From Eledone cirrhosa (taxonomy: Eukaryota), in assembly GCA_964016885.1 (NCBI GenBank), contig OZ024747.1, positions 64,852,001-64,916,000 of the forward strand: a stretch of 64,000 bases of DNA, written 5' to 3'. Below are positions 15,298 to 30,218 of this stretch, one piece after another. A program made the translations under genes and the position numbers. Under the pieces are notes generated by a model. It was not told the origin of the DNA and searched no databases. It saw only the letters and a program-made list of their open reading frames with translations. How positions within the stretch are numbered: the first letter of the stretch is position 1; each line of letters opens with the position of its first letter.

Positions 15298-16939
15298 TCA
15301 TGTATCCTTTCACATGAGTATGTAGCAGAGGCAGATCCCAGATCCAATTGTTCTTTATTTAAGTATTAATTTTATTGTCATTGCCTACAAGTTATTTTTC
15401 CGTTCTTCCTACTCTTGAACTGAAAAGAGTAATTATGGTTATTATTATATGCTGCAATTTCCTATTGGCTTATAGGACATGTCATATTGAAAGTGTATAT
15501 TTGTGTTTTATATATTATCTTTGCTATTATATAATATATATTCAATTTGCTGCGGTGAAAATCAACTTCCCATTGTCTTCACACTGAACAATATCACGAT
15601 GGCCATATTGGAAACGGTTTCCTCTTATTAATTCTAAAGAATTGGTTTGTTTAAGTAGAAAAGTAGAATATCTTTTAAATGAGAAGTTATCATTGAATTC
15701 TTCAACAATCTCAGATTATCTTTCAGCCGGGGGTATATATTTGATAAAATAGCTTTGCTAATCGATCATTTCTAAATTAATTGAAAAATATCATTTTCGA
15801 CTGTTATGATTATTACTAACATTATCATCGTCTTTAGAATCCATGAGAGGTGGACCTTAACATATGAATCTTGTGTATTCATTACTAAAACACATTGTTC
15901 TTACTTTTCGTGCAGTTTGTCATTACGATCTTGTCAAGTAACTGCTATATCATTGAATGTTGTCATACCAACAAAGGAAATATATGGTTTTAGATACACA
16001 CATGGAACATCTATATGTTAATGCCCCGAAACTTACACCTTAATGAGCAGATGGTATTTAAATGCAATTCAAGGGGGACAATTGATCAAGGATTAATCGA
16101 CACGGAACGAAACAAAAACTCGTTTAGCAATGGGGAAGGAGATTGAATAAAAGAAATCATAACATATGGCCCCTCAATCTGAGATTTGGAAGACACTAAT
16201 AATATTAAAACTTGTAGATAATGTAACTGAACAGATAAGAGTAAGCATGGTTCATTAGACAAAGATGTTGGTGGCAGACAGCAGATTGGTGTACATGGAT
16301 GATGTGTAAGCGAAGTAGAGAAAATTAACTACGATCCATCACTGCTTATATTCCTTATAACTGAAACTGCAATTGATTTATAGTTTTATTTCCTTTATCT
16401 CAACATTGGCAATTGCTTAGTGGTTAGAAATATCAGACATTCAGTTGGTGAGTAATAAACAGTACCTATTAAATATTATAAATCTCGCAATAAGCCTTAA
16501 ATCATGAGGTAATTGTTAGGAATTTCATTACTCGTAATTAGGAATATTTATTCTAACCACAACAGTTGTCATGCAATACTTCCCTATTTCATAATGTCCT
16601 TTTAAAACATCCCTTAATTCAGAAGTCACTGTTTAAGAGCTTAAATTATTCTTTGATGACAGTAAACTATCCTATAACGTATCATACAAATAAATACCGG
16701 ACCGGTTGTTGGCTAAATACTCAGTGCGTGTACCTTTATTTTTCTACGTAAATCACTATTATTTAAACAGTACATTAACCATCAGTTTTGAGGAAAATAA
16801 TCGGTTACCTATGTAAGTGTATTACATATTTCAAGAACAATCGATTGTCAGTAATATGTCAATTTCCAGAGAAATAATTACAGCCACACTTGGCATTATC
16901 CAGAAATAGTATTAGTTTCTATATATAGACAGTTCACAT

Positions 16940-17130
16940 TTTATTTAAAGATTCGAAGAGCAAACCATAATGACTTATACTTTATGACTCCAACTGAAAT
17001 AGCAACGTACATGAAGTGAAAGATTTTCAGTGATGAATATAAATAGTTTTCTCTGCGAAAATGAAATTCTAATATTTATTTCTTCGACACAAAGGGTCAA
17101 CTTTCTACAGAAAAGAAAATTATAATCCAA
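16940..17130 (+). pseudogene. Possible decayed Penelope-like GIY-YIG C-terminal fragment
   Basis: Pieces LKIRRANHN, TEIATYM and LCENEILIFI resemble the PLE order FK.R..NH / TELS.YIW / LC..EK..I. Interrupted by stops. Confidence 0.35.
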
Positions 17131-18137
17131 CGATCAGTTCTCGAAATCGATTTACGAGGATTGAATTGCAAATATAATTCCGGAGAAACCAAACAGAAAA
17201 TCACCAGAGAGACAAAGAAAAGAAATGTTATTCCATTCGTCAAATATACACAGCCAATAAAAAAAAAGACAAAATGAAAACTGAATACGAGAAAAGGTCA
17301 ACAAAATAAAAAATATAACATCTTCATGTCGATTGAACAGCATACCTTAGCTATGGCTCGTAGTGATGATGGTAAAGGAGATGCCCCAAAGAAAAGCCAC
17401 CAATAATACATGCATCAACAATTCCCACTTGCAAAGCTTCTTTTTCAGGAAGGATGCTTCTATCGCAATGTGGAGGAGGAAAAAGGCACATATGTTTATA
17501 TGTATATATATAAACATATGTGCCATTAGAACGTCGGATAGAATGCTTTGTAGTATTTATTTCGGCGCTCTGTTTTCTGAGTACGAATCCCGCCGAGGTT
17601 CACTTTGCCTTTCATCCATTCAAGGTCGATAAAAAGTACCAGTCTAGTACTGGGGTTGATTCTTCCTCAATATCTCTTCCGCACTTCCTTTCACTCACTC
17701 CCCCCCCCCTCTCTCTCTTTCTCCCTCTCTCTCTCTATCCTTCTATGGAGGAAATTTACCCTATTCAAGCCTGAATAGGAAATGGGCACCGCCAAGTTTA
17801 TAAAATGCCCTATAAATGCCGTATGTCAATATGGCGCCCATACGACCCCCTTAGGAGATACGGGTCCATACCATATGCTATATGTATATATACATATACA
17901 GGTGTATACATATATATCGTTTGTTTTTTCGCATTAATCTTTCTTTTCTTTTACTGTTTAAGGAAAATGGTTCAACCCAGGTTGTGGATGAATTATATGA
18001 CTTCTTCAAAAGGTTGCATGATACACATGTACACCTATTTTTCACACACATTCTCAGACATCTACACTCATATATACAAATATACACAACCAGAGAGCTA
18101 ATATCACAAACATACATCCTCACACAGACACACACGC

Positions 18138-18223
<86 letters not shown>

Positions 18224-18349
18224 ATATCTGTGTGTGTGTCTGTGTATGTGTGTGTGTGTGTATTTTGTGAGATGATATCCTAATATTATATTAAGTTAGA
18301 TGAATCTATATTCTTAGAGCATGTTAAAAAAAGGAAGCAGCTATAACTA

Positions 18350-18425
<76 letters not shown>

Positions 18426-18844
18426 AAATCTATTATGATTTTTCTTAACGAAAAGTCGAATTTGTACAAATGTGATTAGTGGGAAACGAAATCTAAGACC
18501 ATCTGTTATGAATCATCTTTTAAATCTGGCTTTGGCAATCTCTTCTCTCTCTGGCAGTATTCATATATTTTTTCGTTTTATTCTCTATTTTGTGTATTAT
18601 CTGTATGTTTTTCAAGATTCTTTTTTTTTACGTGACTAATAATCATATTAACTTCCGTTTCAATTTATCTGAAAATATTTTAGAGCTGTGTAAATACAAT
18701 ATGGCGGTGTTCAGTAAAAGCCGTAATCTGTTTTGTTAAAACTTAAGTGAATTTGGGAAAGAATTTTTTTTCAAATATCTGTGATAATGTAATTATTAGT
18801 GTTTTGTAAATATAAATATATATATATATATATCGATTGAGTTC

Positions 18845-19017
18845 GAAATAGAAGCTTTCGCTGTATTTTGACTAAAGAAAATTAACCTGATAGTGGGGTT
18901 TAAAACCATCTAAAATGGTAAGGGATGCATATTGACGTACATGGGCACATTTTAGAAGGTTTCAAACTCCATTATCAAGCTAATTTTCTTTAGTCAAAAT
19001 ACAGAAAAATCTATTTC
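18845..19017. repeat. Diverged inverted repeat, MITE-like
   Basis: ctgtattttgactaaagaaaatta (18861) versus taattttctttagtcaaaatacag (18981). Confidence 0.7.
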
Positions 19018-19195
19018 TCTCTCAATTTCAAACTTCTCTCGCCGTTTTCAAAACAAACCGCCTGCTTTGATTGATTGATACATACATACATACATACATA
19101 CATACATACATACATACATACATACAAATCATCAGTCTTTCTGGTGATTTCTCCCGAATGAAACAGTTCTAGTCCTGTAGAAGCCATTTCTATAT

Positions 19196-19230
<35 letters not shown>

Positions 19231-19369
19231 GTATGTATATATTGCTTCTGACATGACAATGAGATAGATTCCTTAATGATTCACAATAGTTAAAAGTGGT
19301 AAATTGGCATAAGCGTCAGACCGTCGAACAGAACACTGTTATTTTTACCCAATTTGTTCAACGTTCAAA

Positions 19370-19935
19370 TCACAAAGACATCGATGTTGTCTGGCGATTC
19401 AGCATATCAAAGGTAGGGTGGAAGGTGTAAAAACCAAACTCGCTATCTTTCACTCGGAGTCCATGCCTATCTTCCCTATGTTCATGAATATTGAGTAATG
19501 ACTGAACGAATGCGATCACGAATGCGATCACGAATACGAGCGGCTGATATGGGGTTCCTCTGAAGAATTTAGGAGTAACGTTACTCGATGGGCTGTGTGG
19601 TTCGGAAATCAGATGTTCGTCCCCAGTACAACCGTTACTCGGATTCAAGAGACCATCGCTCCGGTTCTACGGACATGTAGTTAGAAGGTGTAAGGAAAAT
19701 CTTTGGACAGATTTTACAAGCAAAGCCAACCGACGTGAGACCCAGAGATAGACCACGAACAAGATGGTTGGATAACACCCATGAGCTTCGTGGATCTTGC
19801 TTAGGTATCCAGTTGCATCATTTAGAGTGGGTTTGTTTAGATACGACTCTCTAGAAGGTGTTTCTGAGGACACTGCTCCAAATAGATTCCCAGGAATACG
19901 CGGGTGAAGAGGAAGAGAGGGATAGATGGACAGAT
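19370..19935 (+). mobile_element. Expander/Rex3-like RTE LINE 3' remnant
   Basis: Broken frames give VMTERMRSRIRAADMGFL, SLRFYGHVVR and RPRDRPRTRWLDN; ggatagatgg tail. Confidence 0.75.
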
Positions 19936-20828
19936 ATATTAGTATGAGTGACGTTGTGGCATATTAAACCCCAAAGAATCCATACCTCTCCTTGTAAAAC
20001 CACAGGCAATCGATTCCGAAAAGTAACAAAGAAAGAATTACATACGAGTTAACTCATAAATGTTGAGTGTATATCATTGCCAACCGCTAACACCTAGATT
20101 AGTGCTACGAAGAGAAGCCATTAAATATTAGCTTCCACAGTGGCTATATATCCCTGTATATTTTTTTCCATTGCGATGTTGAATGTAAATTCACCCTACC
20201 ATCAAAAGGAAAGACAAGTAAAGAGTTTAAATACAATATCCCTGATGATGAAAATCAATTCTAATCATAGACGTATATATGAATAGAATGATGTTGTAAT
20301 TAATTATGTCTAATATATTTTGTAATACTTTATTTTCAGAATATATATAGTAAATGTAGATAATAGTAGTTAATAATGTTTAAACAATAATGAATTTAAG
20401 TAACAAATACTTATACGACATAAGTCAGACACTACCTATTGTTATTTAAGAATCATTATATTTGCTCACTTATTTGTTGAAGGAAAAAAAATAATATCTA
20501 AAAAATAAATTTTAAAATTCCAAATTTTGGAAAATAAAAACAGACCGTAAGATATTTTTCAATCTACGAATGAAACAAGGAATGGGTATGATGGAAATGA
20601 AATTTCTTCCGCAAAACTTAAGTATTTCAAAATATTTGCTTTTCATTATATGACAGCAAGCTACATGTTTTAAAGTGAGTTTGGAACATAAGGTACACAC
20701 TTTAACGTTAACAGATTGAATAATGATGCCAAGATTAAATAATGTGAAACCTTGGGTTATTTAATGATTTCGGAAAACTCACCATCATTATAATAGGAAT
20801 GTTACTAAATGTCTACATGTAATTAAAA

Positions 20829-21041
20829 TTTGAAATAAAGTGAAATTTTATGTACCTATAAAGTGTTACATGGATTCAGAATGTGACAAATATTTCTATG
20901 TTCATGTATTTAAAGAGAGTTATAAATAATTAGTTATAACTCTCAGTAAATACATGAGCCTTCGTGTACATTTAGAAATATTTGTCACATTCTAAATCCA
21001 AGTAACACTTTATAGACATATGAAAGTTCACCTCATTTCAA
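20829..21041. repeat. Old, diverged ~210-bp palindrome
   Basis: ctataaagtgttac.tggatt.agaatgtgacaaatatttcta versus tagaaatatttgtcacattct.aatcca.gtaacactttatag. Confidence 0.8.
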
Positions 21042-21774
21042 ATACAAGTAAACATTTTTAAATACCAGAGCTTTTAGCAACATCTCAGCGTGTATATACT
21101 CGATGCTATTTGTATATACTCGATGTCTCATATCAAATATGAGTAACAGTTTTATTTAAATAGTGATAGTAATTCTGGTTTTTAGTAAGAAATGTATTGA
21201 AAAATATAATCTTTAAAAGTTCGTCTAAATATAGTGATATAAATGTCTTACCATTCTATTATAATTATAAGCAGTGGGGTTCTTTTGTGGCACTGAGAAG
21301 TAATGTGAGTCTCTTCCGATAATTGAATTTAATGTACGAAGATTCTGGTCCAACTCTTAATGACATGAAAGTCAGCAAGATAAATAGTTATCGAAAGATG
21401 CTCTCACAGAACAAAGACAGTTTAAATGAAGATAAATAGCGGCATAATTTAGTCTACTTTATGCAGACTGCACCGGAAACATACATAAAGACAACGAGAG
21501 TTCATATGCTATTTCTCATTTATAGCATTTTCAACGCTTAACGACATTTGACAAGGGGGTCAAGCGAAATGTATCAAATTTGAAAAAGAATGTCATTAAA
21601 TACTTCTACGTTTTTATAACAATCCTGACTAAATCTACCAAGTCAGCTTTGCTATAGCACTATGAATATAAATCTTCAAGTTCGTAGAAGTTAATACGTA
21701 GACACGTTATTTTTCTTATTATCTTTGTGAACTGAGAGATGTTTACATACATGACATATAAATACTTACAAACC

Positions 21775-21925
<151 letters not shown>

Positions 21926-23179
21926 TGTATATATATATACGCATGAATATGGTGATGAAGATAACGGAATGCGTTGTTGAATCATTCCTATAGACGCGTT
22001 CGTCTTACAAATTTAATGAAAGGAGATTTATAGATTAGATAAATAAAAACGTGTTTACTTAATAGTAGATATAATATATCATTTGAATATATATTAAAGG
22101 TTTCAATTCAAGAAGACGTGCTAATGGGGATGAGATAATAATTGAAAGAACAAAAACACTGCTTACGATCAAAAGATACTGTCTAACTGGAAGGATATCG
22201 GGTTACTTTCATAATCTCTTTGGTCTCATCTAATATTTAGTTCAATAGAGACTAATTCAATAGCTGTAGTTTGATAACATAAAAATGAAAAAGACGTAGA
22301 TCACGATGTGAACTAATATATAGAGAGATAATAGCCGTGTATTTGCCTTCTGCAATCAATGCCTAACAACTTAACTCTTTTAATATCCCTTTATATTTCT
22401 CTATTGAATTCTTGTTATGTTCTTATAGTTTCTAGACACATGTATTTACGAAATATATTTCATACACTTACTTCTGACACTACTATTATCTATTTTATAT
22501 TTGAAAATGATAAACATGTCAGTTGCCGTACAATCCAATACATCATCATAGAAGCGCGCATTTACAGAAGAACACACATAATACACTTCTACTTTAATAC
22601 TATATATTTTACAATTCAACCGATAAGTAAAGTTACACGGCCTTGTTGATGGCGTGTGGTACGCATGATCATAATACTGTCTGTCTAATTCATGGACCGA
22701 GCTATGCATTGAATTCATGAGGGAAAATATTTTATTTAATGTTGCTCCAATCTATTCAGCTGAAAATGAATATCAAGAGCATATGAGGGTTACTGACTTG
22801 CTATTGACTTGCTTCCCGTCATGTGATGAGATATACGGCCAAATAGTTAACTTCAGTGAAACCGGGATACGCTCAGACCTTATGAACCTTTGGTCCTGAG
22901 ACAGACGTTATCCATATTTTTACATATTCAACGTGGTAAAAAGGGCAGTGGTCGTTCAATAATATATCTCATTACCATGTTGTATGTAAGTGAAAGTTCA
23001 CCTTAATTCAGTGCAATTATTCGTTAGTTAAATCTATGAGGTAATTTGCATTCCATCTTTGACATCTAACAAAACTCTAGTTAAATATATACCTCTGTCT
23101 CTGTTGACAGCCATAAAATGATAGCCCTCATATTACGGTATTCTTGCATTAAATGACGCCATGTATAACATATTTGGCG

Positions 23180-24045
23180 TCAATATAGGCCGCCTGTGAG
23201 ACGTACGACCGGCTGGGACTCGGCACAGTAGACGTCCCTCCTCCTTCTCCCCTGTTGACGCCAAGTCCCTCCAAAACACTTGGGATGCCATCCAGTGCAG
23301 CCTGGCCTCAGACAGGCTCACGCGCCAGCTCGACCAGGACCGCCTTGCCTGTTTTCGTGCGGCCTCCAAACCCCACAGTGGTGCCTGGCTCTATGCCCTG
23401 CCCTCCTTGTCCACTAGCACACAGCTAGACAATAATAGCTTGCGCATTGGCGTTTCCTTGAGGCTCGGCCTCCGGATCTGCGAGCCACACCAATGTCGCT
23501 CCGGATCCACCGTGGTCCCTTTCGGCCCCCATCCGCTTTCCTGTCGCCACAGTCCCAAACGCCTTCCACGCCATGCTGTCCTCAATGAGGTCATAAAGCA
23601 TGGCTTGGACGCTGCAGGCTTCCCTTCCCAGCTCGAAACGGTGGGGTTGGAACAAGGGGACGGCAAAAGGCCAGATGGCATGACAATCTTCCCGTTCCGC
23701 GGTGGTAAACCCCTCGTCTGGGATGCCACTTGCACCGACACTTTCTGCAGCCGCAACCTGGTGCAGTCTGCGACTGACTCAGGTTCCGCTGCACGTCAGG
23801 CTGAGGAGGCTAAACTCCTCAAATACCGGTCGCTCTCCGACAGGTTTGCGCTTGTACCCCTGGCAGTGGAGACTTCGTGTGTCCTTGGCTCTAGGGCTAC
23901 CTCCCTCCTCACTCATAACCATAGGCGCTGAGCTGGCCAGCCGCAGGTGTGAACGCCGCGAGTTGGAGTTGGAGCGTCTCTCTTGCTGTCCTCTGGGGAA
24001 ACACCTTCTCCATTCTGTCCGCCGGGGCTGTGGGGAGGGGGCCCA
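23180..24045 (+). mobile_element. CRE-like non-LTR retrotransposon 3' fragment (zinc knuckle plus PD-(D/E) restriction-like endonuclease)
   Basis: SGAWLYALPS, RIGVSLRLGL, H.C..G....G.H.LSC, RH..LN, DGKRPDGMT..P...GKPLVWDATC.DT, K..KY..L, VPLAVET. GC-rich relative to its flanks; frameshift near 23920. Confidence 0.85.
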
Positions 24046-24297
24046 TCGCGTATCATTCCATATTTAATTATGGTCGACATGTGTATGTTTATATATATAT
24101 ATTACTTTTATTTTCATTCAGCATCATGTCATTCTTCATTGGTTTCTCTAATATTAACTATGATATCCATCTCTTAACTATGGGTTCGTATTTCTATTTC
24201 ATTGTTATAGATGAACACCTCACTCTATTCTATATATGAACATGTCACTCTATTCTAAATTTTGTTTATAGATTCAAACGCTCACGGTGGTGGACAT

Positions 24298-24368
24298 AAC
24301 GATGACACATAATAGGATGACATAATAGGTATGACACATGCTAGGATGACACATAATAGGTATGACAA
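24298..24368. repeat. 15-16-bp tandem repeat (atgacacataatagg)
   Basis: About 4.5 contiguous units. Confidence 0.8.
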
Positions 24369-25282
24369 AAAGTTACAGATGTGTTAACGGTGCGTCCTGG
24401 TGTGGCAGGAGTTAGGTAGCATATTAGTTCAGAGGAAACTATTTTAATTGTAGCGACCGAAAATATAAACACGTTTTTCATCTGGGGAAAATCTGAGAAC
24501 AAGAGGTGCTACTGAATACTGAATCAACCAGTGAGTAAAGGTGTATAATTCTCATTTTCCTTCCACTAGTGTCTGAAGCCCAGAGGATGGAGGTCATTTT
24601 TACGGTCCACCATAACCATCCTGGAATGATATTTCTCTACTCAACATTTCAGTTACCTATGATTAAAACTAGCATTCAATTTGAAAATAACTAAATGTAC
24701 ATTCATATTCTAATTATATTGCTTATAAGCATTCATTAGTCATTTCCTAATATTAGTGTTCAGCGTAACTTCCAAGCAAAAAAAATAATAATAAAAATAA
24801 TGTTTGCTTGGTTTATTTAGATATTACAATGACAAATATGTTAGAAATATACTGTTGATACAACACTAACCACGGACACATTACAGGCGGCATTGTGACA
24901 TCATATTAAATAGACTGGGCTACAATCATCAGAATAATATGGAAATAATGAGAAAAGAATTATAATCATATCAAACACTGTAGGGCAACGGCATTAAGTC
25001 AATGGCATTTCTTTATAGCTTGAAACGATATATCGAGTACCATGAATAGAACATCGACAATACACACTGATTGTAAGATGTTAGTTTTCAATGAACATCG
25101 ATGCCGTTTAAATGACGACTTAATAACCAAAGGCATTTTAGATGATCTACTTAGTTATAAGGATGTATACGTGATAAAAGATAAAGAAATCTCAGATAAT
25201 ATTTACGAATGAGAGACCCTTCTCTCAAGAAATGTGAGAAATTACACATATACTACACACACACACACACACCACACACACA

Positions 25283-25313
<31 letters not shown>

Positions 25314-25338
25314 ACACACACACACTCACACACACACT

Positions 25339-25427
<89 letters not shown>

Positions 25428-26155
25428 ATATATAAATGAAAAGTATAGAAATTATTGTAGCAAGAAGCCAACAGTATTCCATAATATATAAGTGACTATA
25501 GCGTCAAAATGGAAAAATAGTTACGGTAAGATGTGGGAAAATAATTCAAACTCAATTCAAAAAGAATCCGGATATAGATTCATCCACAGAATTTGGGGAA
25601 ATCCAGGAAAAATCAATAGAGCCTTAACTCAGAATAAAAATAAAGTTTAAAATACTCATCCTTCAATTTGGAAAAACTACAAATGCTCTGTATAGTCTTA
25701 AAGACTATTTCACGAAACTTTCAGTGGGGATGGTCACGGTTGGAATCGATGATCAGCAGAGCTCAAAGACACGATAACCGAAGTCCCACTGTTTATAATA
25801 TGCCAGGGAATTTAAAAGCAGGCTAGTTCAACATCATGCGTAATTATGAAGAAAAACGCACATGTAGAGAAAGGGCTGGTGATGTCAGAATGAGACGAAT
25901 GTCTGTTTACATGAAACAACAGTCAAAAACATTCCGAAAAAAATCTACAACATAAGGAGTTCAGCAAAAGCAATATTATCGCGGTTTTTAAAAAAAAAAG
26001 ACCGGGATTAGTCACAAATAAATTTTAAGCAATCTAGTAAAGAAATGCGAGTATAAATATAAATGAAAAGTATAGAAATTATTGTAGCAAGAAGCCAATA
26101 TATATATATATTAATTCAAAATATTGACAACATAGATATTCTTGTGATCAAGTAT

Positions 26156-26220
26156 ATTTAATTATATATATTTCAGAGGTACTGAGTTAACTTCAACAGT
26201 ACGACCTCATCAGATAAAAT
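26156..26220 (-). ncRNA. Type I hammerhead motif
   Basis: Minus strand: attttat CTGATGA ggtcGTACTG..CAGTACctct GAAA tatata TA attaaat. Confidence 0.7.
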
Positions 26221-26699
26221 AAGATGATGCATGACATACCCTGACATAGTAGATGGTTAAGATTCAGTCATGGTAGTGATTAATATATGACAAAACTCAA
26301 TATTTATATACCTTAATATTGAGAAAATGAAAAAAATATATAATACATACAATAGAGAGGGTGGGTGTGAGACAGCTTAAAAAATACTTGGCATCAATAT
26401 AACTATTAAAACAATTTAAATTACTGAAGAAAGAGGAAAGAAAGAAAATCATAGAGGAACAAACAGATGATGGGATAATATAGTTAGTAGGGCCCTCGAA
26501 AAACAAAAGAGGGTTGATTACAGAGAGAGAGACAAAGAGGAATAACTTATGTTCACGTTTTTAGAGAATTATCCAATGTACAATATATATCTCTAAACTT
26601 ATTTGGTTGACCGTTAATATTCAAAATATTTAATTTAAGTTAGTTCAGAGTAATGAATAATATTTTAGGTTTTAAAAGTTAATAGGTTTCTGTATTAAT

Positions 26700-27500
26700 A
26701 TTAAAGTATACTATCAAATTTAATTTCTAAAATCAAATTTTATGAAATCAAATTTAAAGGATTCACAAACACGAGAAAGAAAACATAAGGTTTTTACAAC
26801 CTCACGAAGGTAAACTTTACCAAAATTATTTATAATATTGACAACAGTTTATATAATATAATTTAAAAAATAATTACAGTTATAATTTTTAAAGAATTTA
26901 TGATTAACAATTTGAGTGCCTAAGGGATCAACAGGCCTTATAATTAAACTTAAAGAGGTCTGAATTTTAAATTACATATATGTGTTTATCAAAAACAATA
27001 CACGAAGATTATATTGTTTAAAGACTTAAGATGATACCTTTCAAATATACATAACATAATACAATATAGTAAATAAGTTACTGAAAATATTGTTAAAAAT
27101 TAATGTTTAGATCAATTATTGTAAAATGATCATTTAATAGATATATATACTATAAATATATAAGTCAAAACTACATGACTCCTAAGGATAAAGGCTAAAT
27201 ACAAAATAAAAAGTGAAAAATAATGAATTGTTTGCGAAACATAAAAATGCCCAATATTAAAAATATAGTTTAAAATGCAAGAGGGTTTTAATATATAGTA
27301 GACAAAAGATACTTCTAAAATGTCCAGCGAATGTGATAGAAAGGGGAGCTAAAGATTAGAAATAGCCGAAGGTAATCTATATTTAATTAAAATAAAGTAA
27401 ATTAAATTAAATTAAGTAATAATCATTATATAATTTCGAACATCAAGGGAATATCTAACACTTATAACAATAGAGAGTCATTTGAGTATCTAAATTACTT
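26700..27500 (+). pseudogene. Possible highly decayed Penelope-like ORF remnant
   Basis: Near 27157 reads YISQ/TT*LLRIK (compare YIGQT.R.L..R); near 27460 reads TLITIESHL. Many stops. Confidence 0.3.
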
Positions 27501-27684
27501 ATAAATGTAACTACGAGCATGTTATTACACTAGATAAACATATCTGTACAACTATATAGAGAGAGTATTATAGGTATTAGTGAAACGATATATTAATAAC
27601 TATGGAAAACCAAAATCTGTTGTGTGCTTCCAATCTATTGTAAAACTCATTCTTTGATTTATTCATTGAACCCTGTTTAACTTT

Positions 27685-27772
<88 letters not shown>

Positions 27773-27776
27773 ACAT

Positions 27777-29532
27777 CTATCTATCTATCTAAGGCGGGTA
27801 AAATTCCCGATATCCATGGACGAGTTCTCTCCAGCGGTCTCTGTCCCTCATTATCGCTGCCATATCCTACATCTCCAACAGACCGATGTCTGTCCTTAGG
27901 GCATCAACATATGTTAACCTTGGTCTTCCTCTTCTAGTGTGTCCATGTAGGGGCTCCCAAAGGAGCACTGAGTGCAATGTCAACTCTGGATGTCGGTGAG
28001 CATGTCCAGCCAACCTCAGTCTCCTCTGTGTCACTTTTGAGCTGACTTTTGGGATGCTCCCATACAGCTCTGAGTTTTTCATCCTCAGTGTATTCTGATT
28101 AATGTTCAGAGCCATCCTCAGCATTCTCGTGTAGCACCCATCCAACATCTGAGTGAGTCTCTTGGTCAGTGTCCAAGTCTCAGACCCACACAGCAGCACA
28201 GACTCCACTACAGCAATGAAGAGGCGGATTTTCAGGTCTCTACGAAGGTCCGACTTCCACACTGATCTCAAGCTGTGACACGCCGCCCAGGCCTTGCTCT
28301 TCCTCTCAACCACATCATCTTCCGTATTCCCAATCTTTGCTCCCAAATACAGGAAGTCCTCAACCAATTCCAGCGGCTTCCCGCTTACATTAGTGATCCT
28401 CTCTGGCTTCTCAACATTCTCTACCAGATATTTTGTTTTAGTCTCATTCATTCTCAGCCCCACACTCATCGACACAGTCTCAACCTCCCGCATCAAATCC
28501 TCTGCCTCCTTCACTGTATTTGTCACCAAAACTATGTCGTCGGCAAATTCAGCATCCGATACCTTTTTCGCCCCAACTCTCCTGCTCTGAGCCGGTGCTA
28601 CAGTAAAGCCAGAGTCCTGGTGTTTCTCCAGTGCAAGGCGCATACAATAGTCCACTACGATGATAAAAAGGTAGGGAGCCAATGTATCTCCCTGGAGCAC
28701 TCCAGCCAGTATCTCAAAGAACTCTGTCATCCCATCAGGTGTAATGACTTGGGCTTTGGTGTTGGTGTAGAGCAGTGATATCAGATCCACTATCCTCTTG
28801 GGGATTCCATAAGCCCGTAAGATCTTCATCAGGCAGTAACGGTCCACAGAATCAAAGGCCTTCCTAAAGTCAATGAAAACCATGACCGCAGGAAGGCACT
28901 TTGCTCTAGCTCCCTCTAACATCCTCCTCAGCATCAGGATGTGACTGGTGGTTGATCTACCCTCTCTGAAGCCGTTCTGGTTGTCCCTGAGCTTCTTCTC
29001 CATCTCGGGCTGGATCCTGTTAAGAATCATCCTGTTGAGGGTCTTTGCCACAAGTGATGTCAGTGAGATCCCCCGGTAGTTGTTGGTGTTAGAGAGATCT
29101 CCCTTCTTTGGCACTGGGACGATGTTACTGATCCTACACTGATTCGGGGCAACTCCTTTCTCTAGTGCCCCGTTACAGAACCCCAGGATGATATCATCAA
29201 AATCACACCTCTTCATCACCTCTGATGCCACTCCATCTTCTCCATGAGCCTTGCCCTCCTTGATCTTCTTCTTGGCTCTCTGAAGCTCCTCTCTGGTGAA
29301 GGGCTCTGTCTCAACATCCAGTTCCTAAAACAGCCGCCTGATCTCCCCAGTGCTCTGGGCTGTGGAGGGTGGCTCTCCTAGTAGGGTCCTAAAATGGTCT
29401 AGCCATTTCCTCTTCCTATCCTCGGGCCCCGTTCCCTGGATCTGACTCGAACACCTTTTCTTCCTCCCTGTGATCTCGTTGATGATCATCCAGCTCTCCT
29501 TACATCCAGATCTGTCAACCGCTCTCTCCACA
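27777..29532 (-). mobile_element. RTE-clade LINE, 5'-truncated copy with intact RT domain (ORF 27867-29231)
   Basis: 454-aa ORF with all RT motifs including QGDTLAP and EFADD. (TAGA)n tail at 27777-27791; upstream stop at 29325; TA-rich flanks. Confidence 0.95.
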
Positions 29533-29632
29533 CTAAATTTATACATATATATATGCATATATATAATTATATACATATATATGCATATATATACATATAT
29601 AAATTATTATTGTTTGCTTTTCCCCAGATATG

Positions 29633-29663
<31 letters not shown>

Positions 29664-29668
<5 letters not shown>

Positions 29669-29779
29669 AACCAGTAAGACCTCGACGGCTGAGCTCAAGC
29701 CGTTTCGACAGTTAATCCAGTCCAGAATTAGCCGTCGAAACGGCTTGAGCTCAGCCGTCGGGGTCTTACTGGTTCCTAT
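29664..29779. repeat. ~115-bp palindrome of a dispersed repeat (also at about 47655-47690 and 54344-54388)
   Basis: ataggaaccagtaagacc.cgacggctgagctcaagccgtttcgac and its reverse complement. Confidence 0.85.
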
Positions 29780-30218
29780 TACCCACTCTACTACCCCAAG
29801 TATTGAGTACTTTGGTGCGTTATGGTCCACCTGGTTCCTTACCACATTTCCTTCGTTATATATATATATATATATATGCGTGCGTCTGTGTATGTGTAAG
29901 AGAGTGTGTTCGTGTGAACACAGGCGTATTGTGTGTATATGTGTGTACAGATATATGCACAAGATAGCATTCAAGTGACTCACATGAAAGAGCAGCTACA
30001 AGCTAAACGCTTCTCTAAATGCTCTTAACAAACTTCAAAGAAGCTACGTAATTACAGTTGTGATATGTAACCTAGTATTTATGGACTCTTTGGAGATGAT
30101 GACAACAAATACTTGCACACGTGTGTACGTTCTCTTCTCGCAGAAACAAGACTGGGAAGAATGGAATCATTTCGTTCCAACCAATGTGTTCCATCAATCT
30201 ATCTTATATCTCATTCTT

